Assembly (NCBI GenBank): GCA_002395525.1
Contig: DGXE01000024.1
Span: 18,692-82,691 of the forward strand
Length of the DNA stretch: 64,000 bases
Direction of reading: 5' to 3'
DNA from: Ruminococcus sp. UBA4240
GTDB lineage: Bacteria; Bacillota; Clostridia; Oscillospirales; Ruminococcaceae
A program made the position numbers and the translations under genes. Shown piece by piece: positions 29,295-38,460 of the stretch (positions are counted from its first letter, which is position 1; the number at the start of each line of letters is the position of its first letter). The notes beneath the pieces are model-generated. The model was not told the DNA's origin. It was given only the letters and a program-made list of their open reading frames with translations, and did not search any database.

Positions 29295-29468
29295 TTAGAG
29301 GTTAGAGATTAGAGGTTAGAAAATAGAGAATGTAAAATAGATTTGTTTGCTCAATTCCTCTTTGCTTTTTGTTGCACATAGGCTTCGCTTTTGCGGATAG
29401 AGAGGCTATAAAGCTATATGTTCATCGTAAGCTCATCTTGCATCTTGCTTCTTGCATCTTGCTTCTAT
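29295..29468. repeat. intergenic element 1 bounded by inverted heptamer arrays
   Basis: The left array is TTAGAGG TTAGAGA TTAGAGG TTAGAAA ATAGAGA (29295-29329). The right array is CATCTTG CATCTTG CTTCTTG CATCTTG CTTCTAT (29434-29468). Confidence 0.85.
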
Positions 29469-30781
29469 CCTATTACTTCTTCCTCAAGCACATATTCTGC
29501 GGTCACGTATATCTTCGGTGTGGCAACGCCCTCGTCGCCTGTGAACCATACCCTGTCGTAGGAGGAGATGATGAAGTCCACCGCCATCTTGTGATCCCCC
29601 TCCTGCATATCGAAGTCGATAAGGTCTATCTGGGCGGTTATGTCCTCTCCCGTAAGCTCGCTGAGCTGTGTGGAATCTCCCACAAGGAAGAGGGTCAGCC
29701 CCGAGGCGACAGGGGTGAACTCGAACTGAGCGGGCTTGTTTATGAACTGTATATCCTTGCCCTTGATGGACAGGGGCTTTTTGGCTATGCCCTCCGACGG
29801 GCAGGTGACAGTGATTGTATCCACATTGGACAGATTTTCGTAGTCTGCGGGGAGGAAATTCTCTGCGGAGAATGTGAACACTGACCCTGCATCCACCTCA
29901 CGCATATTTATGGTGCCTATGTTAAGGCGCTCTATGTCCTTCACACGGCTGCCGGGGGCAGCAAGGTCAAGCTCCTCTGCGGAGAATACCAGCTGCGAGC
30001 GGAACCAGCTCAGATCAAGGTTTGCGGGGGCATTGATGATATTCACATCCAGGGGCAGAGTCTGGCGCACAAGGACGGGTATCTGCACCGCAAAGCTGGT
30101 CTTGTCGAAGTAGAGGCTCGAGGTGTCGGAGATGAGGGTGCTGTCCTTGTAGAGCAGCAGCTCTGCGGCGGAGGTCTCAAAGGTGGAGGAAAGGTTCTCC
30201 GGAGGATTTACTCCGGCGCATACCTTCGTTATGGAGTTGATGGTGTCCTGGGGGCCTGTTATGGTGACACTGGCGGGGGATACCACAGGATCTCCGGAGA
30301 TGTAGCCGGAGGCCAGCCGCAGATCCTTTACCTCAGGCTCTATGGTAAATTCCTTGGATACTATTTTGTCAAACGCCACTGTTACCGAGGAGGGGGTTAT
30401 GGTCTTCACCTCAAATTCAGTGCCGCTCAGGGACTGGACATCAAGGCGCAGATCGTATTCCCTTGCCATCATCACGTTGGTGACACTGACATTCGCCACC
30501 AGGTCCTCAGCCTTGATGGAGCCTATCTTTGCACGCTCCCCGGATATCTGTACAGTGACAGTCTCATCAGACAGCTCTATGACCTCAAGATTCTGGGACT
30601 GGGCGTAGGTGCCGTCCAGGTCTATCTTGACAGGCACGTTGTAGATGGTCTTGTCCGTGGTGGGGTATACGGTTATGGATACCACTATCCATATGACTAT
30701 GGCTATGAGCAGGGAAATGACCATAAGGGAGCGGTCCCTCATGAGCGCCTGCTTCAGGTTCTCGAATAGTTTCTTGAACAT
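29465..30781 (-). CDS. cdaR: YbbR-domain protein, CdaA regulator
   Basis: 438 aa, N-terminal TM segment, repeated YbbR-like beta domains, 1-nt overlap with cdaA. Confidence 0.8.
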   Translation of the reverse strand: MFKKLFENLKQALMRDRSLMVISLLIAIVIWIVVSITVYPTTDKTIYNVPVKIDLDGTYAQSQNLEVIELSDETVTVQISGERAKIGSIKAEDLVANVSVTNVMMAREYDLRLDVQSLSGTEFEVKTITPSSVTVAFDKIVSKEFTIEPEVKDLRLASGYISGDPVVSPASVTITGPQDTINSITKVCAGVNPPENLSSTFETSAAELLLYKDSTLISDTSSLYFDKTSFAVQIPVLVRQTLPLDVNIINAPANLDLSWFRSQLVFSAEELDLAAPGSRVKDIERLNIGTINMREVDAGSVFTFSAENFLPADYENLSNVDTITVTCPSEGIAKKPLSIKGKDIQFINKPAQFEFTPVASGLTLFLVGDSTQLSELTGEDITAQIDLIDFDMQEGDHKMAVDFIISSYDRVWFTGDEGVATPKIYVTAEYVLEEEVIG

Positions 30782-31632
30782 TATGCCTTATCCTCCTTTT
30801 TCCTGCGGGCGGAGGAGGCGGGGGAGGACTCCGGGATGAGCTTGCGGGAAAGGGTCTGCCGCAGGGAATCCTTTGAGAAGCCTCTTTGCAGATCACCGTT
30901 TTCCGCTATGGATATGGCGCCTGTCTCCTCGGATACCACTATGACGATGGCATCGGAGTTCTCGCTCATGCCTATGGCGGCACGGTGGCGGGAGCCTAAC
31001 TGCTTGTTGATGGCATCCTCGTTGACGGGCTTTGGCAGGAACACCCCCGCCGCATATATCTTGCCGTCACGCATTATCACCGCCCCGTCGTGCAGAGGGC
31101 ATTTGGGGTAGAATATGGTGCCGAAAAGCTCCTTGGAGGGCACCGCATTGACTATGGTGCCGTTGGAGACCAGATCCCCCAGCTTTGTCTCCCTTTCTAT
31201 TACGATAAGGGCGCCTGTGGTGGTGGAGGAGAGATCCTCGCAGGCCTCGCATATGGCTGTTATCTCCTCGGAGACCGGGGTGACTTCGCTGTCCGTGCCT
31301 GTCAGCTTGTCAAGCATGGGGAAGCGGGCGTGCCCCACACGCTCTATGGTGCGGCGCAGCTCCGGCTGGAAGAGTATCAGCACCGCTATGATACCGATGT
31401 TGAATATCCTCTGGAATATCCACTGCACCGCCTTCATCTGCCCCACATAGGCAAGAAAGTAGAACAGCACCAGAATGAGTATGCCCTTGATAAGGCCTTC
31501 GGCGCGGGTATCACGGATAAACTGTATCAGCTTGTATATCAGATAGGTGAGCACCGCAATATCCAGCACATCCCAGAAGGAGGGGGGCCATATGGTGTTA
31601 AAGGAGTTTATCAGTTCGTCTAAAAGTTCCAT
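30781..31632 (-). CDS. cdaA: diadenylate cyclase (c-di-AMP synthase)
   Basis: 283 aa, three N-terminal TM segments, DAC domain motifs GALIVIERETKLGD, DGAVIM, HRAAIGMSE, GAISIAENG. Confidence 0.9.
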   Translation of the reverse strand: MELLDELINSFNTIWPPSFWDVLDIAVLTYLIYKLIQFIRDTRAEGLIKGILILVLFYFLAYVGQMKAVQWIFQRIFNIGIIAVLILFQPELRRTIERVGHARFPMLDKLTGTDSEVTPVSEEITAICEACEDLSSTTTGALIVIERETKLGDLVSNGTIVNAVPSKELFGTIFYPKCPLHDGAVIMRDGKIYAAGVFLPKPVNEDAINKQLGSRHRAAIGMSENSDAIVIVVSEETGAISIAENGDLQRGFSKDSLRQTLSRKLIPESSPASSARRKKEDKA

Positions 31633-31687
31633 GTGATAGGATCCTCTGCTGCTTGTTGTGTAGAAAGGATTTCAGGCGCTGCAGGGG

Positions 31688-32980
31688 CTAAGCCTCTTTT
31701 GCTGCTTCTGCCGCTTCTGCTGCCCTTTTCTCCGCCATCTGCTGTCTTGCTGTGGATAGCATGAGCTTGATGCGGTTTTCCTGATTTACCTGTGTGGCGC
31801 CCGGGTCGTAGTCGATGGGAGCGATGTTGGCTTCGGGGTACATCTCACGGAGCTTTCGTATCATGCCCTTGCCGATGATGTGGTTGGGCAGGCAGCCGAA
31901 GGGCTGTGCGCACACGATGTTCCCGTAGCCCATGTGGATCATGTCCACCATTTCTGCGGTAAGGAGCCACCCCTCACCCATCTTGTTGGCAGGGGAGATG
32001 TATGCCTCCACCTCCTTCTTGGCCTCCTCAAAGGGGGTAGGGCCGAAGAAGCGGGTCTTTTTCACAGCTCTGATTATCTTGTTCTGCATCATCTTGAAAA
32101 AGCCCTTGATGCCGAGAGAGCCGAAGTATTTCTTGTATTTGATGTGGTAGAGCTCTGTCTCCACCACATGGTGATCTCCCATGAAGATAAGGAAGTCTAT
32201 GAGCCCGGGGCAGTAGACCTCGCACCCCTCGGATTCAAGGAATTTCTGGAGCTCGTTGTTGCCCAGGGGGGAGTATTTGATGAATATCTCGCCTACTATG
32301 CCCACCTTGACCACATCCGGGTCATCCTTGTAGGGGATGGCTTCAAAGTCCTTTATTATGCGGGCGGTCACCCTGTCAAAGGCGGTGTAGCTGAATTTCA
32401 GGTTGGCAAGCTCCTGCTCCCACTTTGCTATAAGGGCATCCGTGTCCCCCTTGTTTATTTCGTAGGGGCGCACCTGATTGCCCAGCAGCATGAGCACATC
32501 CGCATAGCATACAGCGGTGATGAGCTGTGCCAGCAGGGGAGCTGTCATGGAAAAGCCGGGGTTTTTCTCTATGGCGGGCATTGCCAGTGATATTACAGGC
32601 ACCTGCTCCATGCCGCACTTGATGAGGGCCTTGCGGATAAGGTGTATGTAGTTGGAGGCACGGCAGCCGCCGCCTGTCTGCACCATCATAAGGGCAGTCT
32701 TGTCAGGGTCGAACTCGCCGCTTTTGAGGGCGTCTATGAACTGACCTATTACCAGCAGAGCCGGGTAGCAGGTGTCATTGTGGGTGTAGCGCAGCCCCTC
32801 GTTTATTATCCTCCTGCCTGTGGTGGTAAGGAGTTTCATTTTGTATCCGTGGTTGTTGAACACCTTTTCCAGCAGGCGAAAGTGTATGGGAAGCATATTG
32901 GGGATGAGTATGGTGTACTCCTTGCGCATCTCCTCTGTAAAGAGGAGCCGCCCTGTCTCGTCATATATAAGTTCTGCCAT
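31688..32980 (-). CDS. 2-hydroxyacyl-CoA dehydratase family / CoA-activase-associated (DUF2229-like) protein
   Basis: 430 aa. EYTILIPNMLPIHFRLL...HNDTCYPALLVIGQ...GGGCRASNY resembles the dehydratase-like modules of BcrAD/HgdC-associated proteins. No activase ATPase is adjacent. Confidence 0.5.
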   Translation of the reverse strand: MAELIYDETGRLLFTEEMRKEYTILIPNMLPIHFRLLEKVFNNHGYKMKLLTTTGRRIINEGLRYTHNDTCYPALLVIGQFIDALKSGEFDPDKTALMMVQTGGGCRASNYIHLIRKALIKCGMEQVPVISLAMPAIEKNPGFSMTAPLLAQLITAVCYADVLMLLGNQVRPYEINKGDTDALIAKWEQELANLKFSYTAFDRVTARIIKDFEAIPYKDDPDVVKVGIVGEIFIKYSPLGNNELQKFLESEGCEVYCPGLIDFLIFMGDHHVVETELYHIKYKKYFGSLGIKGFFKMMQNKIIRAVKKTRFFGPTPFEEAKKEVEAYISPANKMGEGWLLTAEMVDMIHMGYGNIVCAQPFGCLPNHIIGKGMIRKLREMYPEANIAPIDYDPGATQVNQENRIKLMLSTARQQMAEKRAAEAAEAAKEA

Positions 32981-33085
32981 GTTATCGCTCCTATCAAGAC
33001 TATTGCATCACTGTCCGCAGACTGTATCAAATCGATCAATACATTATACCACATGATTATTAACATTTCAAGTATTTTTGCAAAA

Positions 33086-33315
33086 CTGGAAGCAAGAAGT
33101 TAGAAGCAAGAGGCAAGATGAAGTAACGATGAACATATAGCTTTTTGCCTCTGTTACTGCAAAGTATTACTTTTTCGCAAAAAAAGGAAAGAGCCGGCAT
33201 CCCTGCCGGCTCATGACTTCTGATATCTGATTTCTAATGCGGCAGAGCAGAGGCAGAACACTCGCAATTCGTTGTCTGCTTATCTTGCCTCTTGCTTCTT
33301 GCCTCTTGCTTCTGC
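33086..33315. repeat. intergenic element 2 bounded by inverted heptamer arrays
   Basis: The left array is CTGGAAG CAAGAAG TTAGAAG CAAGAGG CAAGATG (33086-33120). The right array is TATCTTG CCTCTTG CTTCTTG CCTCTTG CTTCTGC (33281-33315). The core shares ACGATGAACATATAGCTTT with element 1, in inverted orientation. Confidence 0.85.
33176..33212 (-). terminator. rho-independent terminator downstream of the AIM24-like gene, located inside element 2
   Basis: GAGCCGGCA / TGCCGGCTC stem, followed on the minus strand by TTTCCTTTTTTTGC. Confidence 0.65.
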
Positions 33316-33318
33316 CAA

Positions 33319-34023
33319 TCAGTTGCTCTTGGGGAGATAGGGGATGATAGCGCCTGCAAGTGCGCTTGCGGGCATAGTCTGGAGCCAGATGCGCCCCGGG
33401 CCTGTAACACGGGTGTTGAAAAGGCCTTCGCCGCCCAGCAGAGCGTTGCCTACGCCGGCAACTGTCTCTATGTCAACAGAGCAGGTGGCATCCATTGCTG
33501 CAAGATAGCCTGTGTCTATGAGCATGGACTGACCGGGGGCAAGGTCGTAGTTGTATACGCCGCCGTTTATCTCAAGGAATACCATGCCGGTGCCGGTGAA
33601 CTTCTGCATGATGAAGCCTTCGCCGCCGAAGAAGCCTGCACCCACCTTCTTCTGGAAGAAAAGCTCCATGTTCACGCCCTGTGAGTTTGCAAGGTATGCC
33701 TGCTTCTGAGCTACGATGGAATTGCCGCCGTTTAGCTGTATGCACAGGATGTCACCGGGGAATGTGGATGCGAATGCTATCTCACCGGGGCCTCCCTGTG
33801 AGGTGTAGGTGTTCCTGAACATGGACTCGCCTGTCAGGGCAGATTTTGCCAGACCGCCCAGTGCGCCCAGCAGACCACCCTTGCCGCCGCCTGAGAGGCC
33901 TGTCTGCATCTGCATATTGGGGGTCATCCAGGACATGGCGCCTTTCTGGCACTCTATGCTCTCGCCTGCATCAAGCTTGCAAACCAGAGCGCAAAGGGGC
34001 TTGTTGATAACTTCGTATTGCAT
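33319..34023 (-). CDS. AIM24/TIGR00266 (DUF124) family protein
   Basis: 234 aa. MQYEVINKPLCALVCKLDAGESIECQKGAMSWM and Gly-rich beta repeats are typical of the family. Confidence 0.7.
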   Translation of the reverse strand: MQYEVINKPLCALVCKLDAGESIECQKGAMSWMTPNMQMQTGLSGGGKGGLLGALGGLAKSALTGESMFRNTYTSQGGPGEIAFASTFPGDILCIQLNGGNSIVAQKQAYLANSQGVNMELFFQKKVGAGFFGGEGFIMQKFTGTGMVFLEINGGVYNYDLAPGQSMLIDTGYLAAMDATCSVDIETVAGVGNALLGGEGLFNTRVTGPGRIWLQTMPASALAGAIIPYLPKSN

Positions 34024-34252
34024 GATTATTCCTCCGTTTCTGCGAATGTTTTCGCTGTATTGATATTATCATATTATGGCGCCGATGTCAATATTTTTTT
34101 GCACTTTTGTTATGAAAATGTTTTTTTGCCTGTTCCCGGGCACTATCTCCGGAAAAGCAAGGAATGTGGGGGCATTGTGCATAATGCAGTAAAATACATT
34201 CCGGAGGCTGTCATATTTTTCGTTGCAGTTCGGTTACAATTTGGTACAGGAC

Positions 34253-34281
34253 TTGAAATATTTGCAATTTGCGTTTATAAT
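34253..34281 (+). promoter_or_regulatory. sigma-A type promoter of the 34467-39555 operon
   Basis: TTGAAA (34253-34258), 17-nt spacer, TATAAT (34276-34281). This leaves a leader of about 180 nt. Confidence 0.55.
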
Positions 34282-34466
34282 AGATGTGTATATTCGGTAA
34301 GTGTCGGCTGATGTCGGCAAAGCACCGGCTTATGCCGGTACAGACTCCAAATCACTTTACAGTGAATGTCAATTTATTTTGACGTTCACCAGCAGACCTC
34401 ACAAGCGCACAGGCTTTCAGCCCGCCTCGGCGGCTGATATGCTCTGCGCCCCAAGGTGGTGTATAG

Positions 34467-35513
34467 ATGTTCAAAAAGAAAGAAAAGCTCCCTGTGACCG
34501 GGGCTAAGGCGGAAGACAAGGGAGCCGTTAAGGTAGGCTTAAAGCCTGCCCCCCTACAGCCCGGTGCGAAGGGCGCTGACAAGGCTCTCTCAGAGCAGGA
34601 GGGCAAAAAGAAAAGCAAGCCCCGGGAGAAATTCCGGGAAAAGCGAAGCGTGGCAGACCCCAACACACCCTTTGCAAGGGCGCTGCTCATACCCAGCATT
34701 TTAGGTGTCATCACCTTTTTTGTAGCACCCTTCCTCATAGTTATCTACTACTCCTTCCTTGACAACCCCATTGCCAAGGAATTCGTGGGATTTTCCAACT
34801 ACGGTGCGGTGCTCGGCAACAGCGCCTTCCAGACAGCCGCCAAGAATACCCTGATACTCTCTGCGGTTTCCGTGCCCGCTGCGGTGGTGTTCTCACTGCT
34901 GCTGGCTCTGCTTCTGGATGCGAAGATACCCATGAAGAGTATGTTCCGCACCTTCTTCCTGTCTCCCATGATGGTGCCTGTTGCCTCCATCGTGCTCATA
35001 TGGCAGGTAATATTCCACTACAACGGCTCCCTCAACTATATGCTGGCACAGCTCTTCGATTTGGCGCCCATTGACTGGATGAAGTCCGACAAGAGCCTTA
35101 TGGTGGTAAGTGTGCTGTTTCTGTGGAAAAACCTGGGGTACAACATGATACTGTTCATGACAGCCCTCTCAAACATCCCCAAGGATCTCATCGAAGTGGC
35201 AAGGCTGGAGGGCGCAGGGGGCATATGGGTGCTCACTCACCTGAAGCTCAGGTACATTTCCCCCACGGTGGTGTTTGTCACCATACTCTCTCTCATAAAC
35301 TCCTTCAAGCTGTTCAGAGAGGTGTATCTGCTGACGGGGGACTATCCCTATCAGAGCCTGTATCTGCTGCAGCACTTCATGAACAACACATTCCGTTCCC
35401 TTGACTATCAGAAGTTGTCCTCCGCCGCCCTTATCATGGCGCTGGTGATGATATTCATCATCGGACTGCTGGTGCTGACGGAGAACGTATTCGGGGAGGA
35501 TATTGAGGAATGA
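34467..35513 (+). CDS. carbohydrate-type ABC transporter permease (MalF/BPD_transp_1) with a Lys/Glu-rich N-terminal extension of about 75 aa
   Basis: 348 aa, 6 TM segments, EAA-loop region (EVARLEGAGGIWVLTHLKL). Confidence 0.8.
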   Translation: MFKKKEKLPVTGAKAEDKGAVKVGLKPAPLQPGAKGADKALSEQEGKKKSKPREKFREKRSVADPNTPFARALLIPSILGVITFFVAPFLIVIYYSFLDNPIAKEFVGFSNYGAVLGNSAFQTAAKNTLILSAVSVPAAVVFSLLLALLLDAKIPMKSMFRTFFLSPMMVPVASIVLIWQVIFHYNGSLNYMLAQLFDLAPIDWMKSDKSLMVVSVLFLWKNLGYNMILFMTALSNIPKDLIEVARLEGAGGIWVLTHLKLRYISPTVVFVTILSLINSFKLFREVYLLTGDYPYQSLYLLQHFMNNTFRSLDYQKLSSAALIMALVMIFIIGLLVLTENVFGEDIEE

Positions 35514-36421
35514 CAAAAAAGAAAAAGAAGCGTTTCTCCCTGTCAAAGACCTGGTCGAATATCCTGCTCGGCATAGTCACCGTGTTCACAGCCATATCAG
35601 CGGTGATATTCCTGCTCCCCACGGTGCTGACCATAACCAACTCATTCATGGCGCAGTCGGAGATAAACGCCAACTACGGCATGATCTTCAACACCGTCAC
35701 CGGGAACAAGACCTTCATAGCAGAGAAGGTAAACCTTAAATTCATCCCCGATATGGTGTCCTTCGGCCAGTACGGCACCTTCCTGCTGAAAAGCCCGGAC
35801 TACCTGCTGAAATTCTGGAATTCCGTCATCTACACCGTGCCCATCGTCATATTCCAGATACTTGTGGCACTGGGGGCATCCTATTCCTTTGCACGGCTCA
35901 CGGGAAAGATAAAGGAGATCATATTCTTCATCTACATCGTGGTAATGCTCATGCCCTACCAGGTAACGCTGGTGCCCAACTACCTTGTGGCTGACAAGCT
36001 GGGGATACTGGGCACACGCCTTTCCATCATACTGCCGGGCATATTCTCCCCCTTTGCGGTGTACCTGCTGACAAAGGCCATGAAGCGCATACCCAAAGCC
36101 TTTTCAGAGGCGGCTAAGCTGGACGGGGCAAGCGAATTCAGGATATTCACCGATATATATATGCCTATGGTAAGGGGCTCCATATTCTCGGTAATGATCC
36201 TCATCTTCATCGACTACTGGAACATGGTGGAGCAGCCCATGGTGCTGCTTTCCGACGAGGGGATGTACCCCCTGAGCGTATTCCTGTCAAAGATCAATTC
36301 CGGAGATACAGGCCTTGCCTTTGCGGCGGCGGTGGTGTACATGATACCCTCCATGCTGCTCTTCCTCTACGGGGAGGATGCCCTTGTGGAAGGCATCTCC
36401 GGCTCGGCAACGCTGAAATAG
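35510..36421 (+). CDS. carbohydrate-type ABC transporter permease (MalG-like)
   Basis: 303 aa, EAA loop EAAKLDGASEFRIFTDIYMP, ATGA overlap with the upstream permease gene. Confidence 0.8.
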   Translation: MTKKKKKRFSLSKTWSNILLGIVTVFTAISAVIFLLPTVLTITNSFMAQSEINANYGMIFNTVTGNKTFIAEKVNLKFIPDMVSFGQYGTFLLKSPDYLLKFWNSVIYTVPIVIFQILVALGASYSFARLTGKIKEIIFFIYIVVMLMPYQVTLVPNYLVADKLGILGTRLSIILPGIFSPFAVYLLTKAMKRIPKAFSEAAKLDGASEFRIFTDIYMPMVRGSIFSVMILIFIDYWNMVEQPMVLLSDEGMYPLSVFLSKINSGDTGLAFAAAVVYMIPSMLLFLYGEDALVEGISGSATLK

Positions 36422-36478
36422 CCGCTTAAAGGACACGGGGCACGACCCCCTTCAACTGATTCTAACGGAGGTATTGCA

Positions 36479-38395
36479 ATGGAACAGGAACAGGCCAACC
36501 GCAGAAAAGATATTATAAAGAATATTCTTATAATATTCCTTATCATAATGCTGCTGCTGACATTCTTCTCAAATACCATACTCAACTACTCCCTGCCCCA
36601 GGTCTCGGCGGTGTATGCCACCCAGGCCACCATTTCCGAGCAGATAAGGGGCAGCGGGAGCGTGCAGCCTGCACAGACCTATGAGGTGAAGATAAACGAG
36701 GATCGTGAGGTCAAGAGCGTGCTCGTGCGTGTGGGAGACACCATCAAGGCGGGAGATACCATCGCCATACTTGAGGATGTGGACAATTCCACCGCCGTAC
36801 AGGAGGCAAGGGACAAGCTGGCAGACCTGGAGCTTGACTACCGCAAGGCGCTGCTGGACTCAAACTCCACCTCCTACAGCTCAGACATCCTTGCCATAGA
36901 GCGGGCGGAGCAGGAGCTGGAAAAGCTGAAGAAGCAGCGTGAGGAGGCTGTCAAGTATGAGGCCGAATCCAAGGAGGCAGCCACCGATGTGCGCACAGCC
37001 ACTGCTGATGTGGACAAGCTGAAGGCTGAAAAGGAAAAGTACAACACTATGCTCTCCTCCGCAAGCACAGAGGATATGCTGGATCTCACCGATGCCCACT
37101 ACAAGAAGATACAGGCGGCAAAGCAGGCTGTTACCGATGCGGAGAAGGCATTTGCCGATGCCCAGGCCGCATACAAGAAATTCTCATCAGGCATAGACAC
37201 CACTGATATAGACAGCACTCTCATCGCAAAGCGCAACGAGGCTGACAAGCTGCGCACGGAGAACAACAACCTGTACACCAAGATAGCCAATGCGGAGGCG
37301 GGCGCAGATACATCGAGCTATTCGGAGACCATTGCCAACAATATCACCACCATCAACAACCTGAACCGTGAGATCTCAAACCTTATGCACAAGCAGTCCC
37401 TGACTGCCGGCGACAAGAAAAAGCTCGAAGACCTTGAAAAGGCACAGGAAAAGGCTGAGAAGGCCGTCACCGATGCCAAGGATGCCCAGGCTCAGGCTAT
37501 AAGAGAGGTAAAGCTGGAGATAAAGGGCTGGATAGACGACGTGGACAGAAGGCTTGAAGCCGCTAATGGAAAGCTCACCGACGTTACCAACCGCAAGGAC
37601 GACATCGCAGGCCAGGGCATATCCAAGGTGTCCGATATAGACAGCAAGATAGAGAGCCAGGAAGCCTCAATACAGAAGCTCAAGGATGACCTTCACAACA
37701 AGCAGATCACGGATTCCACCGCTGCATCAAAGACACAGCTTGACCTGGAATCAAAGAAGAATGCGGTGGACAGGCAGCAGAGAGCCCTTGACAAGCTCCT
37801 TGCCGGCACCGATAAGGAGATAGTCTCCAAGTCCGGCGGCGTGGTGGCAAGCATAAACATATCCGCAGGCAGCAAGGCTGAGGCGGGCAAGGTAGTAGCC
37901 ACCGTGAATGTAACGGATCTGGGGTACCTCATTGAGATGCCCGTAAAGGCGGAGCAGGCCAAGAAGATCCGTGTGGGGGACATTGCAGAAGTAGTGTCCT
38001 GGTACGGCTCCAACATCTCCGCTACCGTCAAGGAGATCAAGGCGGACAGCAACAACCCCCAGTCACAGAAGATACTCGTGTTTGAGATAACCGGCGATGA
38101 CATAACCGTTGGACAGAACCTTACCCTGCAAATGGGCAGCAAGGGTCAGCAGTACTCCGTTACCGTGCCCAACAACGCCATCAGGGAGGACTCAAACGGC
38201 AAATACGTGCTGGTGATGGAATCAAAGTCCTCACCCCTTGGCAACAGGTACAAGGCAGCCCGCTACCCTGTTGAGGTGCTGGCAAAGGATGAGAAGAACT
38301 CCGCAGTATCGGGTCTTTCCGGCAATGAGTTCGTCATCACCACCTCCACAAAGCCCATAAACGCAGGTGCTCAGGTAAGACCTGCGGAGGACTGA
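36479..38395 (+). CDS. HlyD/membrane-fusion-protein-like adaptor with an exceptionally long coiled coil
   Basis: 638 aa. N-terminal TM segment, lipoyl-like half motif (VLVRVGDTIKAGDTIAILED), about 330 aa of heptad-rich charged helix, then the second lipoyl half and a beta-barrel (GGVVASINISAGSKAEAGKVVATV...). Confidence 0.65.
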   Translation: MEQEQANRRKDIIKNILIIFLIIMLLLTFFSNTILNYSLPQVSAVYATQATISEQIRGSGSVQPAQTYEVKINEDREVKSVLVRVGDTIKAGDTIAILEDVDNSTAVQEARDKLADLELDYRKALLDSNSTSYSSDILAIERAEQELEKLKKQREEAVKYEAESKEAATDVRTATADVDKLKAEKEKYNTMLSSASTEDMLDLTDAHYKKIQAAKQAVTDAEKAFADAQAAYKKFSSGIDTTDIDSTLIAKRNEADKLRTENNNLYTKIANAEAGADTSSYSETIANNITTINNLNREISNLMHKQSLTAGDKKKLEDLEKAQEKAEKAVTDAKDAQAQAIREVKLEIKGWIDDVDRRLEAANGKLTDVTNRKDDIAGQGISKVSDIDSKIESQEASIQKLKDDLHNKQITDSTAASKTQLDLESKKNAVDRQQRALDKLLAGTDKEIVSKSGGVVASINISAGSKAEAGKVVATVNVTDLGYLIEMPVKAEQAKKIRVGDIAEVVSWYGSNISATVKEIKADSNNPQSQKILVFEITGDDITVGQNLTLQMGSKGQQYSVTVPNNAIREDSNGKYVLVMESKSSPLGNRYKAARYPVEVLAKDEKNSAVSGLSGNEFVITTSTKPINAGAQVRPAED

Positions 38396-38429
38396 TAAGA
38401 GCGATACCACTCCGTAAGACTGATGGCAG

Positions 38430-38450
38430 TCTCTAACTTCTAACCTTTCT
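38430..38450. repeat. solo heptamer array
   Basis: TCTCTAA CTTCTAA CCTTTCT. This is the same heptamer family as elements 1-4 but on one side only. Confidence 0.5.
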
Positions 38451-38460
38451 GGTGTTTTCT

